A stretch of DNA of 46,498 bases from Anaerolineae bacterium (GCA_029262755.1 JAJCYU010000105.1:1-46498), one strand, 5' to 3'. Numbered from the stretch's first letter, positions 8,859 to 19,300 are shown. Notes: generated by a model not told the origin, from the letters alone. Translations and numbers: made by a program.

Positions 8859-10280
8859 CTACCCGGCCGCATCTACGTGCATCGGCAATCCGTCGTGGGG
8901 GCGCAGCGAGAAGCCGTTGTCGGGCACCATCGTGAATCCGGGCGCCAAGCTCATGCGCGTGCGCTGCAGCATCGTGGCCAGCACGAGCGTCGCCTCGGTC
9001 AACGCGAAGGTCTGCCCGATGCACTTGCGCGGCCCCGCGCCGAAGGGCAGGTAGGCGCCCGCGTGATCCGCCTCCTCGGCGCGACCGTCCAGCCAGCGCT
9101 CAGGGTCGAAGGCCGCGGGTGCGTCCCAGTAGCGCGGATCACGGTGGGCGAAATACGGCAGCAGCGTGAGGCTCTGGCCGGCCTTGACCCGCACGCCGAG
9201 CACCACGTCCTCCCCGATCGCCTGCCTGCTGATGGCCCACGCCGGCGGGTAGAGCCGCATCGCCTCGTCGACGACGGCGCGCGTACGGCGTAGCGCGGGC
9301 AGGTCGTCCACGGTCGCGGACCGCGTGCCGAGGACCTCGGCCAACTCGGCGCGCAGCTCCGCTTCTGCCGCGGGGTGCTCCGCAAGCAGCCACAAGGCCC
9401 ACGCCAACGCGGCGGCCGTCGTCTCGTGCCCGGCACCGAACATGACGCCGAGCTCCGCGCGCAACACGGCGTCGGGCATCGCCTCGTCCGTGTCGGGATC
9501 GCGCAGCTCCATGAGCATGCCCATGAAGTCGTCGCCGGTCTCACCGGCTGCGCGACGCTCGTCGAGCATCGCTTGCATGCGGCCCTGGATCCGGATGCGC
9601 GCCGAACGCAGTGCACGGTTGCGCCGGGTCGGCACCGCCAATGGGGGCGCGACGAAGTGCTGGGTACGCCACGCAAAGTAATCCGTGCTGGTGATGAAGG
9701 CCCGCGCCAGATCCCGCGCTTCGCCCTCGAAATCGACCCCGAAGAGCGCTTCGCCCACGATGACCATGGTCAGCGCGCGCATCTCGGCGGCCATGTCCAG
9801 CGCCCCGTCGTGAGCCCGGCCGAGCCAGCGGTCCACGAAGTCTTCCGTGCGCGCCACCATCGCGTCGGCAAAGCCGGCAATCCGGCGCCGATGGAAGGCC
9901 GGCTGTAGCCGGCGCCGACGCGCAAGCCAATCCTCGCCGTCGCTCGTGAAGAGGTTGTCGCCGGTGAGTTTCAGGAAGAGTCCGTTCGTGAAGGGCTCGC
10001 GCTGGTAGTTGCGGTGGTTGTCGCGCAGAACGTGCCGAATACCTTCCGGATGGAACACGGTCAGGATCGGGCTCGGACCAAAGCGGATCTCCACGACGTC
10101 GCCGTGCCGCGCCTGCACTTCCGCGTAGAATTCGAGCCCCTCCTCGCGGTATCGGGCTAACGATCCGAGGAGCCAATGTCCGCTCTCGCGCGGCGCGGCC
10201 TGCGGCCGGACTGTCGGCGATGAAGCACCGTTGGTCCGAATCGTTCGGGGTTCCTCGCCGGGCTGGGTTGAGGTGGTCAT
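8859..10280 (-). CDS. Cytochrome P450
   Basis: AGHETT I-helix, EAMRLYPP (ExxR), FDPERW and heme motif PFGAGPRKCIG. Start set at ATG 10280 behind AGGAG. Confidence 0.95.
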   Translation of the reverse strand: MTTSTQPGEEPRTIRTNGASSPTVRPQAAPRESGHWLLGSLARYREEGLEFYAEVQARHGDVVEIRFGPSPILTVFHPEGIRHVLRDNHRNYQREPFTNGLFLKLTGDNLFTSDGEDWLARRRRLQPAFHRRRIAGFADAMVARTEDFVDRWLGRAHDGALDMAAEMRALTMVIVGEALFGVDFEGEARDLARAFITSTDYFAWRTQHFVAPPLAVPTRRNRALRSARIRIQGRMQAMLDERRAAGETGDDFMGMLMELRDPDTDEAMPDAVLRAELGVMFGAGHETTAAALAWALWLLAEHPAAEAELRAELAEVLGTRSATVDDLPALRRTRAVVDEAMRLYPPAWAISRQAIGEDVVLGVRVKAGQSLTLLPYFAHRDPRYWDAPAAFDPERWLDGRAEEADHAGAYLPFGAGPRKCIGQTFALTEATLVLATMLQRTRMSLAPGFTMVPDNGFSLRPHDGLPMHVDAAG

Positions 10281-10445
10281 TGGAGCTCCTTCGCGCAGGA
10301 CAACGCGCACCATTCCAAGAAGAATAGCGGTGCCCGCGTAACGTTGAACCGGACGCGGGGGACCGTCGTTCACGTTGACTGGGCGCCATCGCCAAGCGCC
10401 CCCAACCAACAACCCCCCACATCCAATTGCAAGGAGCCCCCACCC

Positions 10446-11366
10446 ATGTCGAACAATGAATGGTTCTCGGAGCAACGAAGCGAGCTGATGCAGGCGATGT
10501 ATCAGCACTACCAGCAGCACATCCAGCAGACGATGGAAGCCGAAAGCCTCGAAGGTTGGGACCTCACCCTCGCGCAGATCGCGTACGCCAGAGGCGATTC
10601 ACCGGTCCGCGCGGCGGATGCTGCGCGCCACGTTCCCTTCTCCGGCGAGGACTTCTTCTCCCAACGTCTAGCCGGCGCCGCCGAACGCGGCTTCCTGGAG
10701 CAGGTGGGCGATGACGGCTACCGCCTGAGCGCCCGCGGCCGCGAGCTCGTCGACCGGCTGCAGGGCGGCGTCGACGCGGCCCTCGCCGACGCACCCGTGG
10801 ACGTCGAGGCCGCTGAGGCCGTCACGGGCGCGTTGCGCAAGCATGTCGAGGGCTGCCTCGGCTGCGACATCGAAAAGCCGAACCTCTCCTACAGCCGGCG
10901 TTTCGATCCGGGCGCAGACGCCCCTGTGCTGCAACGTCTCCGGCGCGCGGTCAACGACCTCAACGCCTTCCGCGACGACGCGCACACCGCTGCGTGGCGC
11001 GAGCTCGGCGTCTCGGGTCACGAATGGGAGGCCTTCTCCCACGTCTGGGGCGAAAAGGTCTGGGGCGACAGCGTCGCCACGGCCGCCGAGGTAGCCGAGA
11101 AGCTCGGCTTCCGCGGCTACGACGCAAACGAGTACCGCGAGGCGCTCGAGGCCTCCGTCGGCCGCGGCTGGCTCGCCCACGACGGCGACCGCTACGTGGT
11201 AACCGAAGAGGGCCGCCGCGTACGCGAGGCCGCCGAGGCCAAGACCGACGAGCTCTTCTTCGAAGGCTGGCAGCACGGCGCCGAGGAATCCGAATCGCTC
11301 CGCGCGACGATGAAGTCGCTCGCCGAGCAGCTAAAGGAGACCGCGCCTCAGCCGCAGGAGGCGTAG
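10446..11366 (+). CDS. Hypothetical protein with two winged-helix-like repeats (SCO6745-like)
   Basis: AAGGAG RBS. Repeats ERGFLE...YRLSARGREL and GRGWLA...YVVTEEGRRVREAAEAKTD, plus a FRDDAH motif. Confidence 0.6.
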   Translation: MSNNEWFSEQRSELMQAMYQHYQQHIQQTMEAESLEGWDLTLAQIAYARGDSPVRAADAARHVPFSGEDFFSQRLAGAAERGFLEQVGDDGYRLSARGRELVDRLQGGVDAALADAPVDVEAAEAVTGALRKHVEGCLGCDIEKPNLSYSRRFDPGADAPVLQRLRRAVNDLNAFRDDAHTAAWRELGVSGHEWEAFSHVWGEKVWGDSVATAAEVAEKLGFRGYDANEYREALEASVGRGWLAHDGDRYVVTEEGRRVREAAEAKTDELFFEGWQHGAEESESLRATMKSLAEQLKETAPQPQEA

Positions 11367-11430
11367 GGGCCGCGGCAAGACTTAGCAACGCTGCAACGCT
11401 GGGCCACTGGCTAGGTTGCGCGACGTGAAG

Positions 11431-11457
11431 AGAGGGCGCCTGGTACTGGCGCCCTCT
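11431..11457. terminator. Hairpin terminator between convergent genes
   Basis: AGAGGGCGCC-tggtact-GGCGCCCTCT. Confidence 0.7.
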
Positions 11458-11529
11458 CTCGTTGTCTGGTGATCGATGCCTTGCGGACGATGAGGCCCTA
11501 ACGCTTCGCTTGAGCTCGCCCGCGCTGCC

Positions 11530-12288
11530 CTACGGCTGGGTGAAGCCCTCCGGGGCGAACAGCATCGCGCTCCACCGGTGCCCGCCGTTCTCCTCTACCG
11601 TGAAGAACATCAGGGCCTCACCGAGACCGTCCATGCCCCAGCCGGTACTGTGCAACACCTGCGCAACGGTCTCGTCCGGCCCCAGCATCTGCGTCGGGTC
11701 GATGCCGCCGAGCATGGCCGTTAGATTGGCCTCCTCGGAGGTGAAGCCGATTTGGGCATCGTTGTTCATGTAATTCTCGGCCAGCGACCGCGCCAGGTCG
11801 ACCAGCTCCACCTGCGTCCACTCGCTGCGATAGTGTCCAAAGCCGAACGGGTTGCGTGCCATCTTCACCATCGACGCCGTGTCGCGCATGATGGCCAGCG
11901 TCTTGAAGCCCTCGATCATCCCTTCCAAGGGCATCAGCATGCCTTCGTTGCCCTTGCGTCCGTCGTAGAAGGACGAAGGAGTCGGCGCACTCGGCGGCGG
12001 CCCGGGATCGCCCGCGCCGGTGCCGCCGTCCGCATCGACCGGCTGCCCTTCGGGCGCGGGATCGGAGCCGGTGTCGGCGTCGGTGTTCGCATCGGCTCCG
12101 GTATCCGCATCGACCGGTGCGTCGACGACGGCCGGCGCATCACCGACGGTGCCCGCTTCCTCCGCGGGCGTGCATGCGGCGAGGGCGAGCGGGGCGAGCA
12201 CGAGCAGCGCGAGCGCAAGAACGGCGCGCCACGTGGGTCGGGACCGGCGACCGCTGTGGGGCGTCAAGGTAGGATTCATTTGGGACAT
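11530..12288 (-). CDS. Lipoprotein with acidic linker and an unrecognised C-terminal domain
   Basis: GAGGAG RBS, lipobox LALAAC and Asp/Pro linker. C-terminal ~120 aa is homologous to the end of 13599..15197. Confidence 0.8.
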   Translation of the reverse strand: MSQMNPTLTPHSGRRSRPTWRAVLALALLVLAPLALAACTPAEEAGTVGDAPAVVDAPVDADTGADANTDADTGSDPAPEGQPVDADGGTGAGDPGPPPSAPTPSSFYDGRKGNEGMLMPLEGMIEGFKTLAIMRDTASMVKMARNPFGFGHYRSEWTQVELVDLARSLAENYMNNDAQIGFTSEEANLTAMLGGIDPTQMLGPDETVAQVLHSTGWGMDGLGEALMFFTVEENGGHRWSAMLFAPEGFTQP

Positions 12289-12452
12289 CGGGCACTCCTC
12301 AAGTGGGGGAACCGCGCGGGCATCGGGTCGACCGCGCGCCTTCGGCGTCAACCTCGCGCCGGGGCGAGCGCGGGGAGGCGGGCTTCGCCGCCGACGTACG
12401 CGGTGCGCGTATTGTACGACCTGCCGCACGCTGCATAGAATAAAGCCAGCGG

Positions 12453-12523
12453 TGGGGGGTCGTCTAAGGGCAAGACGGCGGACTTTGAATCCGCTAATCC
12501 GGGTTCGAATCCCGGCCTCCCAG
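12453..12523 (+). tRNA. tRNA-Gln (anticodon UUG); CCA not encoded
   Basis: Acceptor TGGGGGG/CCTCCCA, anticodon arm GCGGA-CT-TTG-AA-TCCGC, T-arm CCGGG-TTCGAAT-CCCGG. TAGAAT -10 at 12436. Confidence 0.95.
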
Positions 12524-12540
12524 TTTGGCGGAAAGTAGCG

Positions 12541-12572
12541 ACGAGCGGCGATCCGAGAGGGTCGCCGCTCGT
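12541..12572 (+). terminator. Hairpin downstream of tRNA-Gln
   Basis: ACGAGCGGCGATCC-gaga-GGGTCGCCGCTCGT. Confidence 0.65.
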
Positions 12573-12778
12573 GCTGAGTAGCGCACGGACGCAGGATCGG
12601 TCTCCGGTTCAACGCGGGCCGCACACCCCGTCCTTGGCCGTCTCCAGAACGCGAGCGCACCCCTCGAATATCGGTCTGTCCTCGCGACTGTCAATCTATT
12701 CACGCCGTGGTGGATTATCATTCACGGCGTCAATAGATTCGCACCTGGCAACACGGTGCCGCCGTTTCGGTCTACACG

Positions 12779-12805
12779 GGGAACATCGGCCCACCACGCG
12801 CGTAG
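12779..12805 (+). promoter_or_regulatory. ECF-type promoter, copy 1 (GGGAACATC-N14-GTAG)
   Basis: GGAAC-N17-GTAG upstream of lipoprotein 12880. The same motif occurs at 25454, 27630 and 28566. Confidence 0.7.
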
Positions 12806-12879
12806 CTAGCGCGGAGACAACCGCAATTCTGAGAGCCACGACGTCCTTACCGGCTCTCCCCCTCCTAGGAACACGCGAC

Positions 12880-13305
12880 ATGAATCCGCTTCGGATTATC
12901 TTCCTTGCCACGATCTTGCTTGCCTCCCTCGGCCTGACGGCCTGCTCCGGAAGCACCGATGTGGCGGGCTCAGCCTCGGACGCCGAGCAGGCGAGCAAAG
13001 GGGGCGCAGACGGAGAGCTCGTATGGCCGGTGGACAGCGCGAGGGCGATTCTCGACGCGATCGAGAACTTCGAGGACGACTCGATCAACATGGCGATGCT
13101 TGACGAAATCGCTTCGAAGCAGGACCTCAAGGCCGAGGTGGAGGAGCTGGACGGCTTCTTGCAGCGCATCGCGAGCGGAGATCTAGGATCCGGTCGAACG
13201 GGCAGCGAGGCCTTGGTCACCGTCGCGACGGGTATAACGCAGGGCAGGACCGTGCCCACCCCAGACCTGCGGGACGCGCTGCGGGAGATCATCGAGACCA
13301 AGTAG
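12880..13305 (+). CDS. Lipoprotein, short paralog of 25562 and 28804
   Basis: MNPLRIIFLATILLASLGLTAC-SGSTDVAGSA resembles MRTLKLFTMTMLLLASLGLAAC-TNTDVSGTA. One helical domain. Confidence 0.8.
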   Translation: MNPLRIIFLATILLASLGLTACSGSTDVAGSASDAEQASKGGADGELVWPVDSARAILDAIENFEDDSINMAMLDEIASKQDLKAEVEELDGFLQRIASGDLGSGRTGSEALVTVATGITQGRTVPTPDLRDALREIIETK

Positions 13306-13422
13306 CGGCTCGAGACGGTTCACGTCGCGATACGCGTGGACCATCCCCGAGTGTCCTGCCGGCCTGTTGATGGCCCGTCCCAGCACGGCAACCCAACACG
13401 CTGGCGTGAACATCGCATCAAC

Positions 13423-13460
13423 GCACAAAGCGGCGACCCGAGAAGGTCGCCGCTTTGTGC
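13423..13460. terminator. Bidirectional hairpin terminator, near-copy of the tRNA hairpin
   Basis: GCACAAAGCGGCGACC-cgagaa-GGTCGCCGCTTTGTGC. Confidence 0.7.
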
Positions 13461-13598
13461 GTGTACTAGCCATCGTGTCCAGGCTGCGCGCCCCTACAAC
13501 GTTCGCGTCCACCGCTCGACCATCGCACGTGGGGACGAGTAACGAGCGCGATACGCCATCGTTCTCGCGCTCGTTCATCGCGATCGCGCTCGTGCTTG

Positions 13599-15197
13599 CT
13601 ACGGGAGAGCGAAGCCGTCCGGGGCGATCAGGAGGGCGCTCCAGACGTAGCCGCCGTCCGTGCTTTCGGTGACGAAGATCATCGCTTCGTCGTTGCCCTC
13701 GGCTCCCCAGCCGCTGCTGTGCAGCACGGCGACGACCGGGACATCGGGGCCGAGCATGGCCATCGGGTCGACGCCGTCCAGCATCGCGCTGAGGTCGGTG
13801 TCGGGCGAAGAGAAGACGAGGGGCGAACTGCCCGCCAGGTAGACCGTCTTCAGCTGCCCCGCCAACTCGTCCGGCGTGATCAAGGACCATTCGCTGCGGT
13901 ACGGGCCGAGGCCGAAGGGGTCAGTGGCCAGCGCCGTCATCCCGGGGATGTCGCGCGCCAGCACCCGCGTTTCCAGGTTGTCGATGAACTCCTTGGCCGG
14001 CGCGTCGGAGGCGCCCGTCGCGTCGAACAGCCACGCCAGCGCGTCCTCGCCGCTCGTCGCGACGACAGGCAGCAGATCGCGATCGAAGCCGGCGAGCCGG
14101 GCGTCTGCCGGTAGCGCGAGCTCCGTGAGATCACCGGTCGAGGGGCGGTAGGCCATCGTGCGTGTCGGTTCGCCCATCACGGCCGTGTCGAGGAGCGCGA
14201 GGTCGGCCTCGACCCACGTCGCCGTGCCCAGGTCGGCGCCGATCATGCGCGGCTCGCTGTCGCCGGTCGGGTCGAGGAGATGGACAGCGCGTAGCGCCGG
14301 GTCGAACGTTACAAACTGCGCGGCGAGCAAGCGCCCGTCCGGGCTCCAGCTCGGCGCGGGGAACCAACCGCCAAAGCCCATCGGCTCGTAGGCTGCCAGG
14401 GTACGAGCCGTCCGCTCGACGAGATCGAAGAGGACGATCGCGATGTCGTCGTTGGCCACCAGCCAGACCAGCTTCGTGCCGTCCGGGCTGAACGCCGGGC
14501 TCGTGACGTAGCGCGTCTGAGCGGGCGCACCCTCGAAGGCCGGGATGTCGAAGGCCTTGATCGTGCCGTTGCGCCAAAGGTGGGGCACGCCTGCACGATC
14601 GAAGGCCAGGGTGCGGCCGTCGGGCGAGGCGTCGGGAGGCGAGGCCATGTTGTGATCGGGATCGAGGATCCCGACCGTTCCGGACTCAGTGTCGATCACG
14701 CTCAAATGGCCGATGTTGGGGCCGTCTTCCTCATCGGCCGTGTGCAGGCCGCACGCAACGCGAGTGCGATCGAGCCACGCGAAGCAGCGGACGAGACGGC
14801 CGGGGAGGTCGATTAGGCGCATTTCGCCCGACGCCACGTCGAGCATCGGCAGCTGATCGGAGCGGGCATCCGGCGCGACGGGGATTCCGCGATCGCCCCA
14901 AGGAGAAAAGAGCACGCCCGTATCGTGCAGCTGCTGGGCGACACCCGCCTCGGCGACGCGCCACATACCGGCGTCCGTCTGGAACCGCAGGCCGACCGGC
15001 GCCGCGTCATCCACGGTCAAGGTCACGATCGAGGCCGTGGGCGTGGCGGGCGGGTTGGTCGGCGCGGCGGCGGTTGTCGGCGCCGCTTCGGCGGCGGGCT
15101 CCGAAGGAGCGGAGGCCGGGGAGGGGCTGCAAGCCGCTGCGGACAGCACAAGAACGGTGCAAAGGGCGGATAGTACGTGCTTGCTCGGGACCATCAT
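13599..15197 (-). CDS. Lipoprotein with TolB/PD40-like beta-propeller plus shared C-terminal domain
   Basis: Lipobox LSAAAC, Pro/Ala/Thr linker and repeats ASPDGRTLAF, FSPDGTKLVW, WSPDGRLLA. GAGGAG RBS. Confidence 0.85.
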   Translation of the reverse strand: MMVPSKHVLSALCTVLVLSAAACSPSPASAPSEPAAEAAPTTAAAPTNPPATPTASIVTLTVDDAAPVGLRFQTDAGMWRVAEAGVAQQLHDTGVLFSPWGDRGIPVAPDARSDQLPMLDVASGEMRLIDLPGRLVRCFAWLDRTRVACGLHTADEEDGPNIGHLSVIDTESGTVGILDPDHNMASPPDASPDGRTLAFDRAGVPHLWRNGTIKAFDIPAFEGAPAQTRYVTSPAFSPDGTKLVWLVANDDIAIVLFDLVERTARTLAAYEPMGFGGWFPAPSWSPDGRLLAAQFVTFDPALRAVHLLDPTGDSEPRMIGADLGTATWVEADLALLDTAVMGEPTRTMAYRPSTGDLTELALPADARLAGFDRDLLPVVATSGEDALAWLFDATGASDAPAKEFIDNLETRVLARDIPGMTALATDPFGLGPYRSEWSLITPDELAGQLKTVYLAGSSPLVFSSPDTDLSAMLDGVDPMAMLGPDVPVVAVLHSSGWGAEGNDEAMIFVTESTDGGYVWSALLIAPDGFALP

Positions 15198-15572
15198 GGA
15201 AGAACCAGACTCCTCAGCATGTGCGTGCAGAAAGCACAGGGGGCAATGCTTGTCGGGGGCATCGCTTGTCGATCGTTGGTTTCGGCCGAAGCTTCGTGCG
15301 GCGACGTGTAGAACGGCGATGTCTAGAATGGCGTTGTCGTGCGAGACGATGCTCCGCATGCCGATCGGGTAACTTTACCTGCGCCGCCGGCAAGACGTTC
15401 GATTCTGGATGTGATTCAAGCGACATGTTTTTTCTCGAACCCGGCACCGTAGGGCTCGGTATACCGTCCGTGACCGGCGCGTCCCCATTCACGAGGCCGC
15501 GCGTCCCCCGGTCCGGGCCGCCTTCATAGTTCGTCCCTTGCAAGCCACCGCCCCGAAGACCGGAGACACACC

Positions 15573-16298
15573 ATGTTCAGCCGTCGCCATACATCGCCTC
15601 GAACGTTCAGTCGGCTGCCCGCCTTGTGCGCGGCGTTCGCCCTCGCATTCGCATTTGTGCTCGTCCCACGACCTGCCTCCGCCGACTGCGCGCCTACGGT
15701 GCCGTGTTTGTGCCCGGACACGGACGAGTTCGGCACGGATCAACCCATACACAGTGCCTTGATCGACGTGATTGGGAGCGATGTGGACGGTCACTTCGTA
15801 CGGATCGTTGCCATTTGGAGCGGCCGAACCGCCGGAACGGCACCCGCACAGGTCGGCGATGAGATCTGGGTGCTCGACGAGTCGTGGCACCCGCTGCGCC
15901 AAGCCTACATGCCCGAGGCCGGGCGACGCGCGTTGATGGCCTGGTCGGCAGGCGACGAGGCGGAAGACGGTTACCTTCTCTACCTGCTCGATCGACGCGA
16001 TCGCGTTCGGTGCGAGCAAGATTGCCGCTTCCGAATGGACGCCGCAGACGCCGCGCAAGCCATTCTCGCCGACGCCGCGACCTGCGCCGCCCTACGCGAC
16101 GCCGCGGGCTACGTGGAAGGCGATCCGGGTTGCCTGGACGTGGTCACGCCCATGGCGCTGCCGTACATCCTTGGCCACGCCGCCTGGTGCGAGTACGAGA
16201 CGAGCCTCCGCTACGGTGGCGTCCTTGGCATGATCGGGCTGCTCGGGGTGTTCGGGTGGCTGCAGCGGCGAAGGGTACGGTCTACGAGGCACGAGTAG
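15573..16298 (+). CDS. Secreted Cys-rich protein with C-terminal TM anchor
   Basis: GGAG RBS, signal peptide ending PASA-DC, 8 Cys in the mature part, C-terminal TM followed by RRR. Confidence 0.75.
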   Translation: MFSRRHTSPRTFSRLPALCAAFALAFAFVLVPRPASADCAPTVPCLCPDTDEFGTDQPIHSALIDVIGSDVDGHFVRIVAIWSGRTAGTAPAQVGDEIWVLDESWHPLRQAYMPEAGRRALMAWSAGDEAEDGYLLYLLDRRDRVRCEQDCRFRMDAADAAQAILADAATCAALRDAAGYVEGDPGCLDVVTPMALPYILGHAAWCEYETSLRYGGVLGMIGLLGVFGWLQRRRVRSTRHE

Positions 16299-16312
16299 GC
16301 CCCGCGCCCTGT

Positions 16313-19300
16313 TCACCGGCAGGGGATCGTGCGGCCCACCTCCTCGTAGATCGCACGGAGATCCGCCGCGGTCGGCGCGCGGAAGGCATGGGCCGGGCTG
16401 GCCGCGATCCGCACGAGCAGCGCATCGTCCACGTCATCGCCCAGGCCGATCGTGTACACGTCGATGCCCGCGGCGCGGGCGCGCTCGCCTTCGGTGATGA
16501 CGGGCGCGGGATCGTCCTGGCGGCCGTCCGAGAGCAGCACGACCATCGGCTTGCGGCGCGTGGAACTCGGCACGGCGCGTAGCAGGTCGATGGCGGCGGC
16601 CAGGCCGCGGTCGATACGGGTGCCGGGGCGCGTGTCGATGATCGCCAGCGCGGTACGTAGGCTGGCTGGATCCGAAGAGAGATCGTGGATCACACGCGGC
16701 GCATCGTCGAAGGTGACCAGGGCCGCGGCGTCTGCGCCGGGCGCAAGATCAAGGAGATCCAGGAAGGTGCCGACCGCAGCCGTGGCGGCATCGAGCTTGG
16801 CGCCCGTCATGCTCGACGAGCTGTCCAGGACAAGGGCGACGTCGAAACGCAGCGTGCCTGGCAGGCAGTGTCCGCGCATGGCCAGCGGCAGGAAGAGCGG
16901 CTTCGGCGGCGGTCCAGCAGTCGGGGTAGCTTGCGTCGGCGCGGGGGTGGGCTCGACCGTCGGGGCGGGCGTCGGCGTCGGGGTCGGCGGCGCCTCGCGC
17001 ACGGTTACGAAGGGCACGGGGAACACGATGCGGCCCGGCGCGCCCCAGCCGTCGGTGAAGGTCGCCTCGGCCCGCACATTGGTGGGCCAGCGGCCGATCT
17101 GCTGGGGTTCGACGTCGAGCGCGAACGCGCTTCGACCGTAGGGCAGGGCCGCTTGCGACCAGGAAACGTCCGCGCCCGCCGCCGAGCCTCCTGCCGAGAT
17201 CGAAGCCGGCACCAGACGCATGTTGGCCGGCAGGGTGTCGATCAGGTTCAGGTTGATAGCGAGGGCGCCGGGGAAGTGGTAGCGCACCATGCGGTGCTGC
17301 AAGCCCGCCCAGTCGAAGGTCACATCTGCGTCGCTGGAGGACAGAGGTTGCGCATCGGCCTCGTAGGTAGAGCCGTCGAAGCGGTAGCCGCGCCAGCCCG
17401 TGCGGTTGCCGTCATGGACGATGATCTGGATGCCGTCGTCGCGAATGTCGCCCGCCGCGATGGCGGCGTTGGGCCAGGGGCGGCAGTCGCCGTCGCGATA
17501 GGCCAGGTCGCGATTGCAGTAGAAGGCGTGGTAGACGACCATCACGCGGCGGCGTTCGGAGGGTGGCCCGAGGGTTCTGGCGGCCAGCTTCATGCCCTCG
17601 CGCAGCACCGGGTAGGGCTTGGCGCCGAAGCCGCAGCTTGGGCGGTCGTTGCGGATGAAGCAGCTTGGCGGCCAGCGGCGGGCGATGCGGGGGATCTCCG
17701 CTAGCAGGTCGGCTCGGTCGTGCGTCGGCTCGATCTCGACGCGCGAGTCGCGGAAGTAGCCGACGATGCCGACCCTGTGCTTGTCCATGTCGATCCGGCT
17801 GACCAAGCGGCGTAGTTCGCGGATCGTGTCGCCCGCGTTGTCCGGAACGCCGTTGGGCGGGTAGAAGAGGGTCACGATCATGATGTCGGACGGCGACTCT
17901 CCGATGCCACAGAAGCCGTCAAGCTCGAGTTGAACCGTCGTGTGCTCGCCTAGGGCCAGATCGTCGGGCGCGGCCGTCTTGTCGCCGCGCAACACGCAGG
18001 TAGCGTCGCTCGGCACGGGCAGCGCGTCGCTGCCGGGCGGTGCCGGTTCGAAGACCGCGACAACGCTGCCCTGCTCGTCCGCGACGTAGACACGGCCGAC
18101 CTCGTCGGCGGCGATGCCGCTGAGCGTCTGCGGGTCCGTGGCCGCGAAGGGGCGTCCGTCGAAGCGTGCGCTCACGCGGCCGTCCGGCTCATAGCGCTCG
18201 ACGTAGCCGCTCTCACGTAGGCCGAAGAGGTGGCCGCGCGTGCCTCCGGCGATCGCGCGCACGTCATCCGCGACCGAGATCGTGGGCAGCGACGAGCCGT
18301 CCGCCGCGAACACGATCACGAGATCGCGATGATCGTCCAGCACCAGCACGCGGCCGTCCGGGCCAACGCTAAGGTCCTCGTAGGGGTTGATCGCGTAGGT
18401 CGAGCTGGTGTCGTCCGGCAGATCCCAGCGCGTGAAGCGAGGGCTGCCGCCCGCGGCGAGCAGCAAGAGGTGCGGATCGTCCTTGCGCGTGACCGGTGCG
18501 CGTTCATAGACAAGGGCGTATACCGTGTCGTTGACGTCACGAAAGGCCAGGTCGACGAGCTTGAGATGGTTGGCGTTGTCGCGGCCGAGGTCCTCGTTGC
18601 GTTCCCTGGACTGGGTGCTGAAGCGTTGCGTCCATACGGGATCGATCACCTGGATCTGCTGGCCGTATTCGACGGTAGTCGTCGTGCGGAAGAAGCCGAT
18701 GCCGTGCTCGTCCTCGATCCACTGTGCCCCGCCCGGATCGGGTCCGCGCGGCCCGGGGGTGAGGCGGATCTGAGGGGTCGGCATGGGGGTCGGCGACTCG
18801 ACGGGCGTCGGCTCGGCCGCCGAGGCGGTGGGTGTGGCCCGGTCGTCTTCTCGGCCGGCGCGTTTGCCGCGGTGCTCCTTGATGTAATAGCCGAAGAGGG
18901 CATCTGTGGTCGCGGCGCCGTCCGCGCGATCCACCCGCAGACGGCGCGTGCTGCCCACACTGCGGCGCGTCGTGAGGCCGAGCGTGTCGATGACCGTGCC
19001 GTCCGGCTGGAAGTAGCGTGCCGTCCGCGTACTGTCGAGCACGAACACCCGCTCGGGCGCAGGCACGCTGAGGTGGCGCGGTGCCACGAGCCCGCCATCG
19101 GCACGCGCATTGACCGCGGAGAGGAAGATCGCATCCACCTGCGCAAGCCCTGCTTCTCGGTAGCGCACGACCGCCGCCGTCGTCGGCAGCGAGGTGTCCT
19201 TGCCACCGCGCGTGCTGTAACAGGGGCCGTAGTTCGGGTCGTAGGCTGCCACCGCGTAGAACTGCCCCAGCGCCGGCCGTATGAGCGGCACGCGCACGGT

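Noticed and set aside
12453-13600. Integrative element or prophage at tRNA-Gln
   Set aside because: No integrase, and no duplicated tRNA 3' end was seen in the window.
15198-15572. Riboswitch in the long divergent intergenic region
   Set aside because: No recognisable aptamer consensus by eye; an Infernal/Rfam scan would be needed.
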